A DNA stretch of 64,000 nt from positions 736,001-800,000 of the forward strand of contig CAXXDQ010000007.1 of assembly GCA_963664325.2 (NCBI GenBank), read 5' to 3'. A model generated the notes under the pieces. That model made no database searches, was not told the origin of the DNA, and saw nothing but the letters and a program-made list of their open reading frames with translations. Below are positions 23,438-32,557 of this stretch, piece by piece (the stretch's first letter is position 1; the number at the start of each line of letters is the position of its first letter). Both the position numbers and the translations under genes were made by a program. Source of the DNA: Desulfomonilia bacterium. GTDB taxonomy: Bacteria > Desulfobacterota > Desulfomonilia > UBA1062.

Positions 23438-24295
23438 ATGAAGACCATCGTTATTACACTATTTCTGGCCGCATTTATCTTCATAGCATCTTTTAACAGT
23501 ACATATGCATCCAATCCGGACAGGCTGTACAAGAAAGGTCAGTACAAGGAAGCCCTGTCCGCATATGAAAAACTCGACATAGAAAACCCCAAAGACATAT
23601 CATACCGCTACAACAAGGGCTGTGCCGCGTATCAGCTCAAAGACTATAAAACCGCTCAGAGTGCATTTGCAAGCGTTTATCAGCGCGCAAAAGACAACAA
23701 CATGCGCTTCAAGGCCGCCTATAACCTGGGTGATACAGCCTTTCAGGCCGGTGACATGCAGTCGGCAGCATCCTTCTACAAGGAAGCCCTGAGAATGAAT
23801 CCTCAAAGTGCGGATGCGCGCTATAACCTGGAGCTCTCCTTGAAAAAGATAAAGGAAGATGAGGAGAAGAAGAAACAGCAGCAGCAAAACCAGCAGGACA
23901 ACAAGAACCAGGAAATGAAGGATAAGAACAAGCAGAACCAACAGGATAAAAATAATAAAGGCACTGATCAGCAAAAGACTCAACAGGACCAGAAGCAGCA
24001 GGACAAAAATGGCAATGATAATCAAAATAAGCAATCCGGGCAGCAGCAGGGACAGGACAGGAACAAGCAGCAACAGCATCAACAGCCCCAGAACCTTTCA
24101 GGCGAACTGAAAGCAATCAACCCTGCCCAGCAGAACAAAGAAGGGAAGGACGAGCCTGACCGGCAGCAGGCCAAATCACCGGACAAGGTAAAGGCCGAGG
24201 CGCTCTTGGGAAATATTCAGGAAGACCGTTCCCGCTTCCTGCAGCATCAGGCCCCGGAAAACAATCAGGCTCCGAAATCAGGGAAGTACTGGTAA
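23438..24295 (+). CDS. batC: BatC-like TPR protein with Q/N/K-rich linker
   Basis: Signal peptide, TPRs (YNKGCAAY, YNLGDTAF, ARYNLEL), low-complexity segment and terminal Trp. Confidence 0.85.
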   Translation: MKTIVITLFLAAFIFIASFNSTYASNPDRLYKKGQYKEALSAYEKLDIENPKDISYRYNKGCAAYQLKDYKTAQSAFASVYQRAKDNNMRFKAAYNLGDTAFQAGDMQSAASFYKEALRMNPQSADARYNLELSLKKIKEDEEKKKQQQQNQQDNKNQEMKDKNKQNQQDKNNKGTDQQKTQQDQKQQDKNGNDNQNKQSGQQQGQDRNKQQQHQQPQNLSGELKAINPAQQNKEGKDEPDRQQAKSPDKVKAEALLGNIQEDRSRFLQHQAPENNQAPKSGKYW

Positions 24296-24296
24296 A

Positions 24297-26048
24297 ATGA
24301 AATCATATATTAATACCATTTTCATATTGATATTCGTTTCATTTTTCAGCATCCCTTCAGTCCTTTTGGCGCAGACGAAGGTAAGGCTCTCGCTCGACCG
24401 GAGCGAGGCTTCAGCCTATGATACCGTGCAGCTCAGCGTAAGCGTTGAAGGAGGTTCCGGCAGCGACCCGGTCATACAGGGCCTTCAGGATTTCATCGTC
24501 AGCAAAGGCGGAACTTCTTCCCAGATACAGATAATCAACGGCCATATGAGCAGATCAAACGAGATAACATATTATCTGCAGCCGAAAAAATCCGGCGTTT
24601 TTACAATAGGACCAGCCAGTATAAGCGTTTCGGGAAGGACTATATCAAGCAATACCGTAAATCTGACAGTAACAAGACAGTCAGCAAACCCGGGCGGCGA
24701 CCTCAAAGGCCCCTTGAGGCTCATTGCATCCCTTTCATCGAACATAGCATATACCGGCCAGCAGATAGTCTATACGCTAAAGCTCTACCGCTCAGTCAGG
24801 GTGAGCGACGTTTCGGTTCAACTGCCAAAAACTCAGGGCATATCATTCAAACAGCTTGGGGATTCAAAAGAATACCAGACAACAATTGACGGTAATCCGA
24901 TCATGGCCGTCGAGGTCAACTACCTTCTCAGCATTTCAAAACCAGGAGAATACAGGCTTGAACCCTCAGGTATGCAGATGAACGTATTCGACCAGTCAAG
25001 ACGGAATTCCCGGAACCCCTTTGACGACCCGTTTTTCGGTGCCAGAGGAAGAACCGTGAGTGTTTCCTCGGAGGCCGTTAAATTGAGCATAAGAGATTTG
25101 CCGAAGGAAGGTAAACCCGCAAACTTCAGCGGACTTATCGGTTATTTTACCATAAAATCACAGCTCAACCCGGCTCAGGTAAAAACGGGAGACTCGGCCA
25201 ACCTGACCGTCGAGATCAGCGGTGCGGGCAATGTCAATCTCATACCCGACCTCAGGCTCCCTGAGATCGAAGGTCTAAAAGTCTACCCTGACCAGCCCAA
25301 GCTTGAATCCGAAACCACATCTGCGGGCGATTCAGGCAGAAAGACCATGAAATGGGCCATTGTTCCGCAAAAGCCAGGCGTGTATGAATTGCCACCGCTG
25401 AGCTTATCTTATTTCGACACAGGATCACACAGCTACAGGGAACTCGCATCACCGCAACTGAAACTCACAGTGGCAACAGGCCTTTCTCAGATGCCTCAAA
25501 ACACCCTTTCAGAAACGCCCGGGAAAGGGATAGCAGTTTTGCCGAAAACAGAGGTGGAGGAGCTAGGCAGGGACATCCTTCCGGTTCACACCGATGTCAG
25601 AGACCTTCAACAAGCCTTCAATATCACCGGGACACCGTTGATTGCCCTTATCGTCCTGGTTATCCCTTTAATAATCTGGCTGGCAATATTTGTCCTGCTG
25701 AGGCGCAGGCACATGGATTCAAAACACGCCGGTCTGGTAAGGTCTAAAAAGGCTGGGGACAAATTCTGTACAACTTCCGCCGGACAGGTCATGAATGCAA
25801 CCCAGACAATTGAAGCGATCAGGACATATTTCAACGACCGGTTCAGGCTGAACATCGGCATTATAACACCGGAAGAAGCGCAAAAGATTTTAATAACGAA
25901 CGGAGTGAGTGGTGAAACTGCTGATGAACTTGGCAAAATAATCGCAGGCCTTCAGCTGAAAGTTTATACGGGCGCCGGAGAAACTCAACTTAAGACAGAT
26001 GCAGACCTGCTCAGTCTGATCAGGCGCATTGACAGGGAGGCAAAATGA
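24297..26048 (+). CDS. batD: BatD-like protein
   Basis: Signal peptide, SSQIQIING, repeated beta domains, GAGNVNLI..P and a C-terminal TM. Confidence 0.85.
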   Translation: MKSYINTIFILIFVSFFSIPSVLLAQTKVRLSLDRSEASAYDTVQLSVSVEGGSGSDPVIQGLQDFIVSKGGTSSQIQIINGHMSRSNEITYYLQPKKSGVFTIGPASISVSGRTISSNTVNLTVTRQSANPGGDLKGPLRLIASLSSNIAYTGQQIVYTLKLYRSVRVSDVSVQLPKTQGISFKQLGDSKEYQTTIDGNPIMAVEVNYLLSISKPGEYRLEPSGMQMNVFDQSRRNSRNPFDDPFFGARGRTVSVSSEAVKLSIRDLPKEGKPANFSGLIGYFTIKSQLNPAQVKTGDSANLTVEISGAGNVNLIPDLRLPEIEGLKVYPDQPKLESETTSAGDSGRKTMKWAIVPQKPGVYELPPLSLSYFDTGSHSYRELASPQLKLTVATGLSQMPQNTLSETPGKGIAVLPKTEVEELGRDILPVHTDVRDLQQAFNITGTPLIALIVLVIPLIIWLAIFVLLRRRHMDSKHAGLVRSKKAGDKFCTTSAGQVMNATQTIEAIRTYFNDRFRLNIGIITPEEAQKILITNGVSGETADELGKIIAGLQLKVYTGAGETQLKTDADLLSLIRRIDREAK

Positions 26049-26803
26049 AACGTTGTTTAAAACCTTCCATTATAATCCTTCTATGCTTTATATGCTTTTC
26101 AGGAGCGGTTTATGCGTCAACTCCACAGGAAATATTCTTCCAGGCCAACCAGGCATACAAAAACGGCAATTACAGCGAAGCTCTCCGGTTATATTCGGAA
26201 CTTTCGAAACAGGGACAGAGTTCGCCTCATCTCTCTTACAACCTCGGCAACACTTATTTCAGGTTAGGAGATACAGGCAATGCAATCATGCATTATGAAA
26301 GGGCCAGAATATTCATGCCAAGGGATGCCAACCTCAACTTCAACCTCGGTTATGTCAGGGACAGGATACGCGACGCCATAGAACCTCCGTCACAACCGTT
26401 TGGAACAATATTCTTCTGGCTCGATTCATTCAGCCCCGATGAGATATTTATTATTTTCTCAATTATAAATTTCCTGTTCTTTTCAGTGCTGATTTTGAGA
26501 ATGTTCATGAATAAGGAATGGACGTTTATCGTGCTGATAATATTCCTTGTGGCATGGCTGGGAGCAGGCGTTTCGTTCGGCGTCAAATATTACCAGGTCG
26601 CAAGCGATAACCGTGCCGCAATTCTTGCACCCGAGGCCCCTGTGCTTGCCGGACCTGACTCTAAGGATACCGAACTGTTCAAACTCCATGCAGGAGCGAT
26701 AGTAAAAACCGAAAAAAAGGAAGGCTCCTGGTCCCTGATCAAGATACAAGGCGACAAACGAGGCTGGATTCCCGATTCATCGATAGGAATGATTAAAGGC
26801 TGA
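26045..26803 (+). CDS. batE: BatE-like TPR + SH3 protein
   Basis: YNLGNTYFRLG, two TMs and LFKLHAG...RGWIP SH3-like end. Confidence 0.85.
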   Translation: MKRCLKPSIIILLCFICFSGAVYASTPQEIFFQANQAYKNGNYSEALRLYSELSKQGQSSPHLSYNLGNTYFRLGDTGNAIMHYERARIFMPRDANLNFNLGYVRDRIRDAIEPPSQPFGTIFFWLDSFSPDEIFIIFSIINFLFFSVLILRMFMNKEWTFIVLIIFLVAWLGAGVSFGVKYYQVASDNRAAILAPEAPVLAGPDSKDTELFKLHAGAIVKTEKKEGSWSLIKIQGDKRGWIPDSSIGMIKG

Positions 26804-26865
26804 TTTTCACTCAACCGCATTCACCAAGCAAAATTTTGGATTTAAGAGCTCACCATAAATATTCT

Positions 26866-27041
26866 GTTCCGTTTTGCATTCAAGATGATGTCTGGGAGGC
26901 GAGGAGGAAGCAGCGCAGGCATACATTTACGTATGTCGAGCTGCATTCCGACGAAGACGAAAATGGGATCACGAGCTTCGTGTTTCGCTCCTCAAGCCGA
27001 AGGCGAAGAGACAACGACAGCGCTTGCATGCGGAATGGAAC
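26866..27041. repeat. 176-nt nested-palindrome (MITE/REP-like) element between convergent genes
   Basis: Terminal arms GTTCCGTTTTGCATTCAAG / CTTGCATGCGGAATGGAAC. Internal stems GAGGAG/CTCCTC, GCAGC/GCTGC, GGCATAC/GTATGTC and CACGA/TCGTG. Confidence 0.7.
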
Positions 27042-27044
27042 CAA

Positions 27045-27566
27045 TCACAGTTTTCCGTCAAGTTTCTCCGCCACTTCCGCCTTGCAGTTACGGCACGTTT
27101 TCGCGCCGCGGAAAAGAGGATTGCCGCATTCTGGGCAGTGATAGCGTTCACAGACCGAGCGCGCCCATTCGATGCTGCCCTTTTCATCACCAAGTTCGTC
27201 TACTTTTTCACGCCATACCGGAATCGTGCTTTTCATAACCCGCCTGCCCGTAGCGAATCCGAAATTCTCAATCGTTTCACAGGGCCATTCGCTGCACTGA
27301 TGGCATGAATAAAATCCCTTTGCCCTTACACAGTCCCTGATAGCGCACATGGAGCAGTAGCCGTAGAGCTTTTCCGGCAGATCAGGCTGCATGCAGCCCA
27401 GACATTGGGTTTCTTCGGGCTTAGTGCCATAAAGGTTGCCCATTACGGCCTTGAACTTTTCATTATTGTCGCGGGTTGCTATATAGACCCCGCAAGCCCC
27501 GCAATACAATCCGCATGGCGCCATGAGATTCTTGTTTCTTATCTCGTCCTCACTCCATCCTTCCAT
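27045..27566 (-). CDS. Cys-rich DUF3795-like protein with C-terminal zinc ribbon
   Basis: APCGLYCGAC, CLGC, CAIRDC, CHQCSEWPC, then CPECG..CRNC. Confidence 0.8.
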   Translation of the reverse strand: MEGWSEDEIRNKNLMAPCGLYCGACGVYIATRDNNEKFKAVMGNLYGTKPEETQCLGCMQPDLPEKLYGYCSMCAIRDCVRAKGFYSCHQCSEWPCETIENFGFATGRRVMKSTIPVWREKVDELGDEKGSIEWARSVCERYHCPECGNPLFRGAKTCRNCKAEVAEKLDGKL

Positions 27567-27590
27567 ATCATTCTCCTTCTTGAATTTACC

Positions 27591-28235
27591 TCACCTTATT
27601 ACATGGCCTATCCTGCCAAGCCTTTTGATGATATTGTCCTTATCCCAGGAAAAATACAGGATCAGGGCTTTACCCTTGATATTTTGTATGGAGAGAGGCC
27701 CCCAGAACCGGCTGTCAAAACTGTTGTCCCTGTTGTCACCCATGACAAAGACCATGCCCTTGGGAATTGTGATTTCCTGCATATTGTCTCTTACGGCCGA
27801 TTCCCCCCCGTTAATTATATTCGGATCGGCATATTTTTCATGCCCGAGAATAAGCTCCTTTCCGTTTACAAATACCTTCTTGTCCTTGACTGCAACTTTC
27901 TCTCCTGGCAATCCGACTACACGTTTGACAAAATCCACAGACTTATCAAGTGGAAATGAAAATATGACTACATCACCCCTTTTAGGTACAATATCCTTCC
28001 CCCATATCTTATCCGTGGTGAAAGGTATGGTCGAGCCGTAGTTGAATTTGGTTGCCAGAAGCCAGTCGTTCTTAAAGACCGTATCTTCCATGGATGAACT
28101 CGGCACCCAATAGGAGCCCAACAGGAACGCCTTGATTATCATTGCCAGTACAAAGGCCACGACAAGGGCTTCGCCCCATTCGCGCAGCACGCCTTTTTTC
28201 CCTTTTTTACCGGGTTCGTTCGCAGATTTCTCCAT
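27591..28235 (-). CDS. lepB: Signal peptidase I
   Basis: VPSSSMEDT (Ser), FVKRVVGLPG (Lys) and MGDNRDNSFDSRFWG. Confidence 0.95.
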   Translation of the reverse strand: MEKSANEPGKKGKKGVLREWGEALVVAFVLAMIIKAFLLGSYWVPSSSMEDTVFKNDWLLATKFNYGSTIPFTTDKIWGKDIVPKRGDVVIFSFPLDKSVDFVKRVVGLPGEKVAVKDKKVFVNGKELILGHEKYADPNIINGGESAVRDNMQEITIPKGMVFVMGDNRDNSFDSRFWGPLSIQNIKGKALILYFSWDKDNIIKRLGRIGHVIR

Positions 28236-28407
28236 TAATCAGACTCCACTATTCTTTTAGTCATAAAACAATAATCCCTGAAGAATCCCTGATTATCAGG
28301 ACACGGTTGAATCAATTATAACGATCAACCACGTGTATATTGCATTCGGATTTGTTCCCTGTCGGTTCATACCGGTTCAAACGACAAGATAAAACATGCA
28401 GGCAGCG

Positions 28408-29310
28408 TCACGGGGTAAGTTGCAGATTAAACCAGTTGCTCAAATCCCACTGATCCCCGTCTGTAATGGCAAAATTCGCCGATGTGCTGCTGAGCGTTAC
28501 GGCACATGATGTGGTTACGGTATCGTCATCCCCTTCGATATAGCCAAGTGTCAAATTGCCGGATATCCACACCCCGGCCGAATCAGAGGTCGGGCTTCCC
28601 GTCACGCTGAATCTGAAGCCGCCTTCTATAACCTGACCGGAAACCGTGAAAGTCAGACTGTTGTTCTGAAAAGTATAGGATTTGTAGCCGTAAGAACTGT
28701 TGTCGACAGATAAATCTCCCGAGAGCGAATATATCGTATTGGCTGACGAATTATCAATACCGATTGAGTAAGCAAGATATGAAACCTTTTTATATGCTAT
28801 AAGTGAATCGGAAATGTTGATGTCCAATGTCGGCACGGTAACGGTCATCTTATTAAACGCCAAAGTCTGAGAGTTGAACGTATCGGCGCTTACATTTATC
28901 GTCCCTGTAAAGCTCCTCTTCTGTGAGGAATCCCCGTATCCGTTCAACTCCAGATGGGCGTCCAAAGTGGAAGGAGGAAAAGTTCCCGTAGTGGTGATCG
29001 TACCCGTCACATTCGCGGGAGGGACAAATCCTGTCGGCGGATTCGACAGGCTGATGGAATTTTGAGGGGTGATTCCCTGTTCGATGCAATATTTAATATA
29101 ATTAGTCAGGCTATTCTGAATATCGGCAATGAATATCATTATGCCGGCAATTGCAACATCATTCATGGGATTAAGGGGTTTAGTGGTGCTGTAGGCCTGG
29201 TAAAGCGCGATCTGGAAATCATCATTGCTGATAGAACTTGACCCGTCACCGCAGCCGTAAAAAGTAAAAGTTGCTAAAATTATCATGGCTAGAATTATCG
29301 TCTTTTTCAT
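28408..29310 (-). CDS. Hypothetical Ser/Thr-rich lipoprotein
   Basis: MKKTIILAMIILATFTFYGC lipobox-like signal after an AAGGGAG RBS; beta-rich composition; family not recognised. Confidence 0.7.
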   Translation of the reverse strand: MKKTIILAMIILATFTFYGCGDGSSSISNDDFQIALYQAYSTTKPLNPMNDVAIAGIMIFIADIQNSLTNYIKYCIEQGITPQNSISLSNPPTGFVPPANVTGTITTTGTFPPSTLDAHLELNGYGDSSQKRSFTGTINVSADTFNSQTLAFNKMTVTVPTLDINISDSLIAYKKVSYLAYSIGIDNSSANTIYSLSGDLSVDNSSYGYKSYTFQNNSLTFTVSGQVIEGGFRFSVTGSPTSDSAGVWISGNLTLGYIEGDDDTVTTSCAVTLSSTSANFAITDGDQWDLSNWFNLQLTP

Positions 29311-29364
29311 TTTCATCACTCCCTTAATTTTGAATTATACCTTTTGCCCTGGAGTTTTCAAGTC

Positions 29365-30036
29365 TCAAGCATTAATTTTAAAATCAATGTCATGGCTTTC
29401 ACGCATTAAAGCCTTTACCGCCACGATGAAAGAGTGTTCAGAAAATTCCGGCATTATGTCAAGGATGCCCGTGGGAGATTTAACGTCATCACCGAAAACC
29501 CTTTCATAAAGCCCGGTACTGACAGTCAGTGGGATTACACCCTGCAGGAGGAAGAACCCTTTTTTTCTTACCTGTGCGGCCCCCATGATCTTCCGGCCCA
29601 TGCATGTAAGTTCAAGCTGTGCGGCCCTCTCAAAACATATGTTGGAAAAAGTTCCTTCCGAGGCATTGAGTTCGGCTTCAATACCGCAAACGCTGAAGGC
29701 CTCAAGTAATATCCCGGAAATCTGTCTGTAGGTATTAAGAATATCACCATTGAACGGATCCAGGACAGACGAACTGATGCTGAAGGTTAAGTCATTGTAA
29801 TGAAGCACGGCACCGCCACCGGTGGGACGCCTGATTATCGGTATTTCAAGGCTTCTATCAGAAAAGCGAAATTCTTTTTGATGGAAACCTATAGTTACCG
29901 CAGGTTTATCCCAGTTATAAAACCTTATTGCCCCAGGAATTACATTATCGATAACATTATTGAATATATTTTCATCCCTGGCCATGTTCATTTCAGATGG
30001 ATACCTGCCGTCGGAAATAAAAAACCAGGGGGTCAT
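29365..30036 (-). CDS. Lipoate-protein ligase A / LipM-like octanoyltransferase (catalytic domain only)
   Basis: NMARDE, RFYNW, RRPTGGGAVLH and GRKIMGAAQ. Confidence 0.85.
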   Translation of the reverse strand: MTPWFFISDGRYPSEMNMARDENIFNNVIDNVIPGAIRFYNWDKPAVTIGFHQKEFRFSDRSLEIPIIRRPTGGGAVLHYNDLTFSISSSVLDPFNGDILNTYRQISGILLEAFSVCGIEAELNASEGTFSNICFERAAQLELTCMGRKIMGAAQVRKKGFFLLQGVIPLTVSTGLYERVFGDDVKSPTGILDIMPEFSEHSFIVAVKALMRESHDIDFKINA

Positions 30037-30075
30037 CTTTCCCCCCTGGCGCTTTTGATCGGGATCATTTTTGAT

Positions 30076-30480
30076 TTAAATCTCTTCTATTATGAATAAC
30101 GGGTCACCATAACCGACCCTTTCACCGTCCTGCTTCAATATCGCCGATATGGTGCCGTCCACATGTGACTCGATCTCGTTCATCAGCTTCATTGCCTCGA
30201 TTACACATAGACATTGTCCCTTTGTAACCCTGTCACCCACCTGCACAAAGGGCTGGGCTTCAGGAACGGAAGCCCTGTAAAAAGTGCCGACAAGCGGCGA
30301 CGTGACTGTTACGGTCGGCCTTTCTTCGATTTTGGCCCTTGACCTTGATTCCGAAGATGTTTTCTCCGTGTGCTGATTTATTCCCCTTACGACATGGATC
30401 CTTTCAGGTGTCCATTCAAGCTCAACAATGTCTGTGCCCTTGATAAGATCGATTATGTCTTTGAGTGTTTTCAGGTTCAT
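30076..30480 (-). CDS. accB: Biotin carboxyl carrier protein
   Basis: SPLVGTFYR and EAMKLMNEI biotinylation motif. Confidence 0.93.
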   Translation of the reverse strand: MNLKTLKDIIDLIKGTDIVELEWTPERIHVVRGINQHTEKTSSESRSRAKIEERPTVTVTSPLVGTFYRASVPEAQPFVQVGDRVTKGQCLCVIEAMKLMNEIESHVDGTISAILKQDGERVGYGDPLFIIEEI

Positions 30481-31044
30481 TTAGCTCACTCTCTCGATAT
30501 AAGTACCGTTTCTTGTATCAACCTTGAGTACATCATTCTCATTTATAAAAAGGGGAACCTGTATTGTTGCACCAGTTTCAAGCTTGGCGGGTTTTGTTCC
30601 ACCACTGACCGTGTTGCCCCTGACTCCCGGAACGGTTTCAACAACTTTCAGTTCCAGGAAATTGGGAATTTCAACGCCGATAGGTTTCTTGTTATGGAAC
30701 AGGATATCGACTATGCCGTTTTCCTTCAGATAACCGAGGGTATCTCCCATATGGTCTCTGGAGAGAACCATCTGCTCGTATGTCTCATTATCCATGAAAT
30801 GATAACCGGAATCATCATTGTAAAGGTAAACCATGTTTTTTTCTTCAAGGTCGGGCACATCGACCTTTTCTCCTGAACGGAATGTCTTCTCAAGGACACG
30901 CCCTGTTATCAGGCTTTTCATCTTTGTCCTTACAAAAGCCCCGCCCTTCCCGGGCTTGACATGCTGAAAGTCAACAATGATGAGAGGCTCCCTCTCAAGC
31001 TCTATTCTGAGACCTTTTCTGAATTCTGCTGTTGAATATTGCAT
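30481..31044 (-). CDS. efp: Elongation factor P (Lys34 type)
   Basis: HVKPGKGGAFVR and KPAKLETG. Confidence 0.98.
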   Translation of the reverse strand: MQYSTAEFRKGLRIELEREPLIIVDFQHVKPGKGGAFVRTKMKSLITGRVLEKTFRSGEKVDVPDLEEKNMVYLYNDDSGYHFMDNETYEQMVLSRDHMGDTLGYLKENGIVDILFHNKKPIGVEIPNFLELKVVETVPGVRGNTVSGGTKPAKLETGATIQVPLFINENDVLKVDTRNGTYIERVS

Positions 31045-31070
31045 CTTAACCTCTTAATTGTTTTTTCATT

Positions 31071-32135
31071 TCAGTCCGCAATTATTATAGCACCCTTAGC
31101 AATATTTGTAAGGTGCTTGCAAGAGCTATCTGTCACAAAAAGACAATCCTCGATGCGTATGCCAAACCTTCCGGTGAAATAAGCAGCGGGCTCGACAGTA
31201 ATGACCATTCCCTGTTTGACTATATCGGCAGACATCGGAGAAATTGTCGGGGGTTCATGAACTTCAATTCCAACACCGTGACCAGTTCCATGTCCATAGC
31301 AGTCTTTGAGCCCGTTTTCTTCAAGATAGCCCCTTGCAAGGGCATCGATTTCAGAGGCCTTCTTCCACGGGGCAATTCCGGCTATGGCCCTCTGCTGCGC
31401 CTCCCATACTTTTCTGTAAACCTCCCTGAATTCATGATCGGGTTCTCCGGTAAATACTGTCACTGTCTGATCCGAACAATATCCCTCGAATACGCAGCCG
31501 AAATCAAAAAGAACCGCTTCATTCCTGCCGATAACCTTGTCTGTCGGTGAGGCGTGCGGCATTGCGCTTCTCGAGCCCGATGCCACTATTGTTTCAAATG
31601 AAGGGCCATCAGCCCCTAACCTTTTCATCTCATATTCGATCTCGATAGCGACATCTTTTTCAGTCCTTCCCCTGATGCCTTTTTCAAATATGCTCTTCAT
31701 CACATTCTCTGAAATCTTCGCTGCATGAATTATCTTTCCGACCTCCATACTGTCCTTGACTATCCTTAGTTCCCTGAGCAAGCTTCCGGCAGGCACTAGT
31801 TTGATCTCTGAAAAGATGTCCTTGAGCCTGGAGGCCGTATCATAATCAATGATATTTGACTCGAAACCGATTTGGGAAATTTTATTTTCCGTCAGGAAAA
31901 TGCCGATTTCTTCCCATTTCCGGGTAACTTCCTTAACATCATATGAAGTTTCCAGTTCAGCCTGGAGGGTATAACGTGAATCAACAAAAAGCCTGATATG
32001 ATTTCTCGTGATTATTAGTGCAGCATCGGTGCCTGTAAATCCCGTGAGCCATAATATATTCGGCCTTGATACGAACAGGATGGCATCAAGCCCCTCAGAC
32101 AAACACGCCCTGACCCTTGCTAACCTTGTTTCCAT
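31071..32135 (-). CDS. Xaa-Pro aminopeptidase (M24B)
   Basis: SAMPHA, DFG..GYCSD, HGTGHGVGIEVHE and GIRIED. Confidence 0.92.
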   Translation of the reverse strand: METRLARVRACLSEGLDAILFVSRPNILWLTGFTGTDAALIITRNHIRLFVDSRYTLQAELETSYDVKEVTRKWEEIGIFLTENKISQIGFESNIIDYDTASRLKDIFSEIKLVPAGSLLRELRIVKDSMEVGKIIHAAKISENVMKSIFEKGIRGRTEKDVAIEIEYEMKRLGADGPSFETIVASGSRSAMPHASPTDKVIGRNEAVLFDFGCVFEGYCSDQTVTVFTGEPDHEFREVYRKVWEAQQRAIAGIAPWKKASEIDALARGYLEENGLKDCYGHGTGHGVGIEVHEPPTISPMSADIVKQGMVITVEPAAYFTGRFGIRIEDCLFVTDSSCKHLTNIAKGAIIIAD

Positions 32136-32557
32136 CTGGCCAGCCCTTCAAGCGCAAGGCAATATACTATTGGCCCCAGGCCGGCGACCGTCCCTATTGC
32201 AATATCTGAAAAATAGCTCACATGCCTGAACTCTTCCCGCTTCGCCACATTGCTTATATGAACCTCAACAAACGGTATATTTACTGCGAGCATGGCATCG
32301 CGCAATGCAACAGACGTGTGGGTATAACCTCCCGGATTAATAATGATTCCATCAGCCTTTTCAACACCGGCCTTATGGACCCTGTCAATAAGCTCACCCT
32401 CATGGTTCGATTGGAAAAACCCGATTTCTATTCCGAGGGCTTCCGCCTTTTCTTTAACCAGTTTTTCAATATCCGAAAGAGATGTCTCCCCGTAAACCGA
32501 TATCTCCCTTTTCCCGAGCATGTTCAGGTTTGGGCCGTTAATTATCAGAACCTTCAT
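32120..32557 (-). CDS. aroQ: Type II 3-dehydroquinate dehydratase
   Basis: NGPNLNMLGKRE..YG, QSNHEG, NPGGYTHTS and EVHISN. Confidence 0.96.
   Translation of the reverse strand: MKVLIINGPNLNMLGKREISVYGETSLSDIEKLVKEKAEALGIEIGFFQSNHEGELIDRVHKAGVEKADGIIINPGGYTHTSVALRDAMLAVNIPFVEVHISNVAKREEFRHVSYFSDIAIGTVAGLGPIVYCLALEGLARWKQG

Noticed and set aside
23860-24090. CAG/AAC-rich low-complexity tract as a repeat array or CRISPR
   Set aside because: Encodes the Q/N/K-rich linker normal for BatC; no fixed repeat-spacer period.
26836-27308. Short ORFs between batE and the Cys-rich gene
   Set aside because: They overlap the palindromic element and the antisense strand of a real gene, and lack protein-like features.
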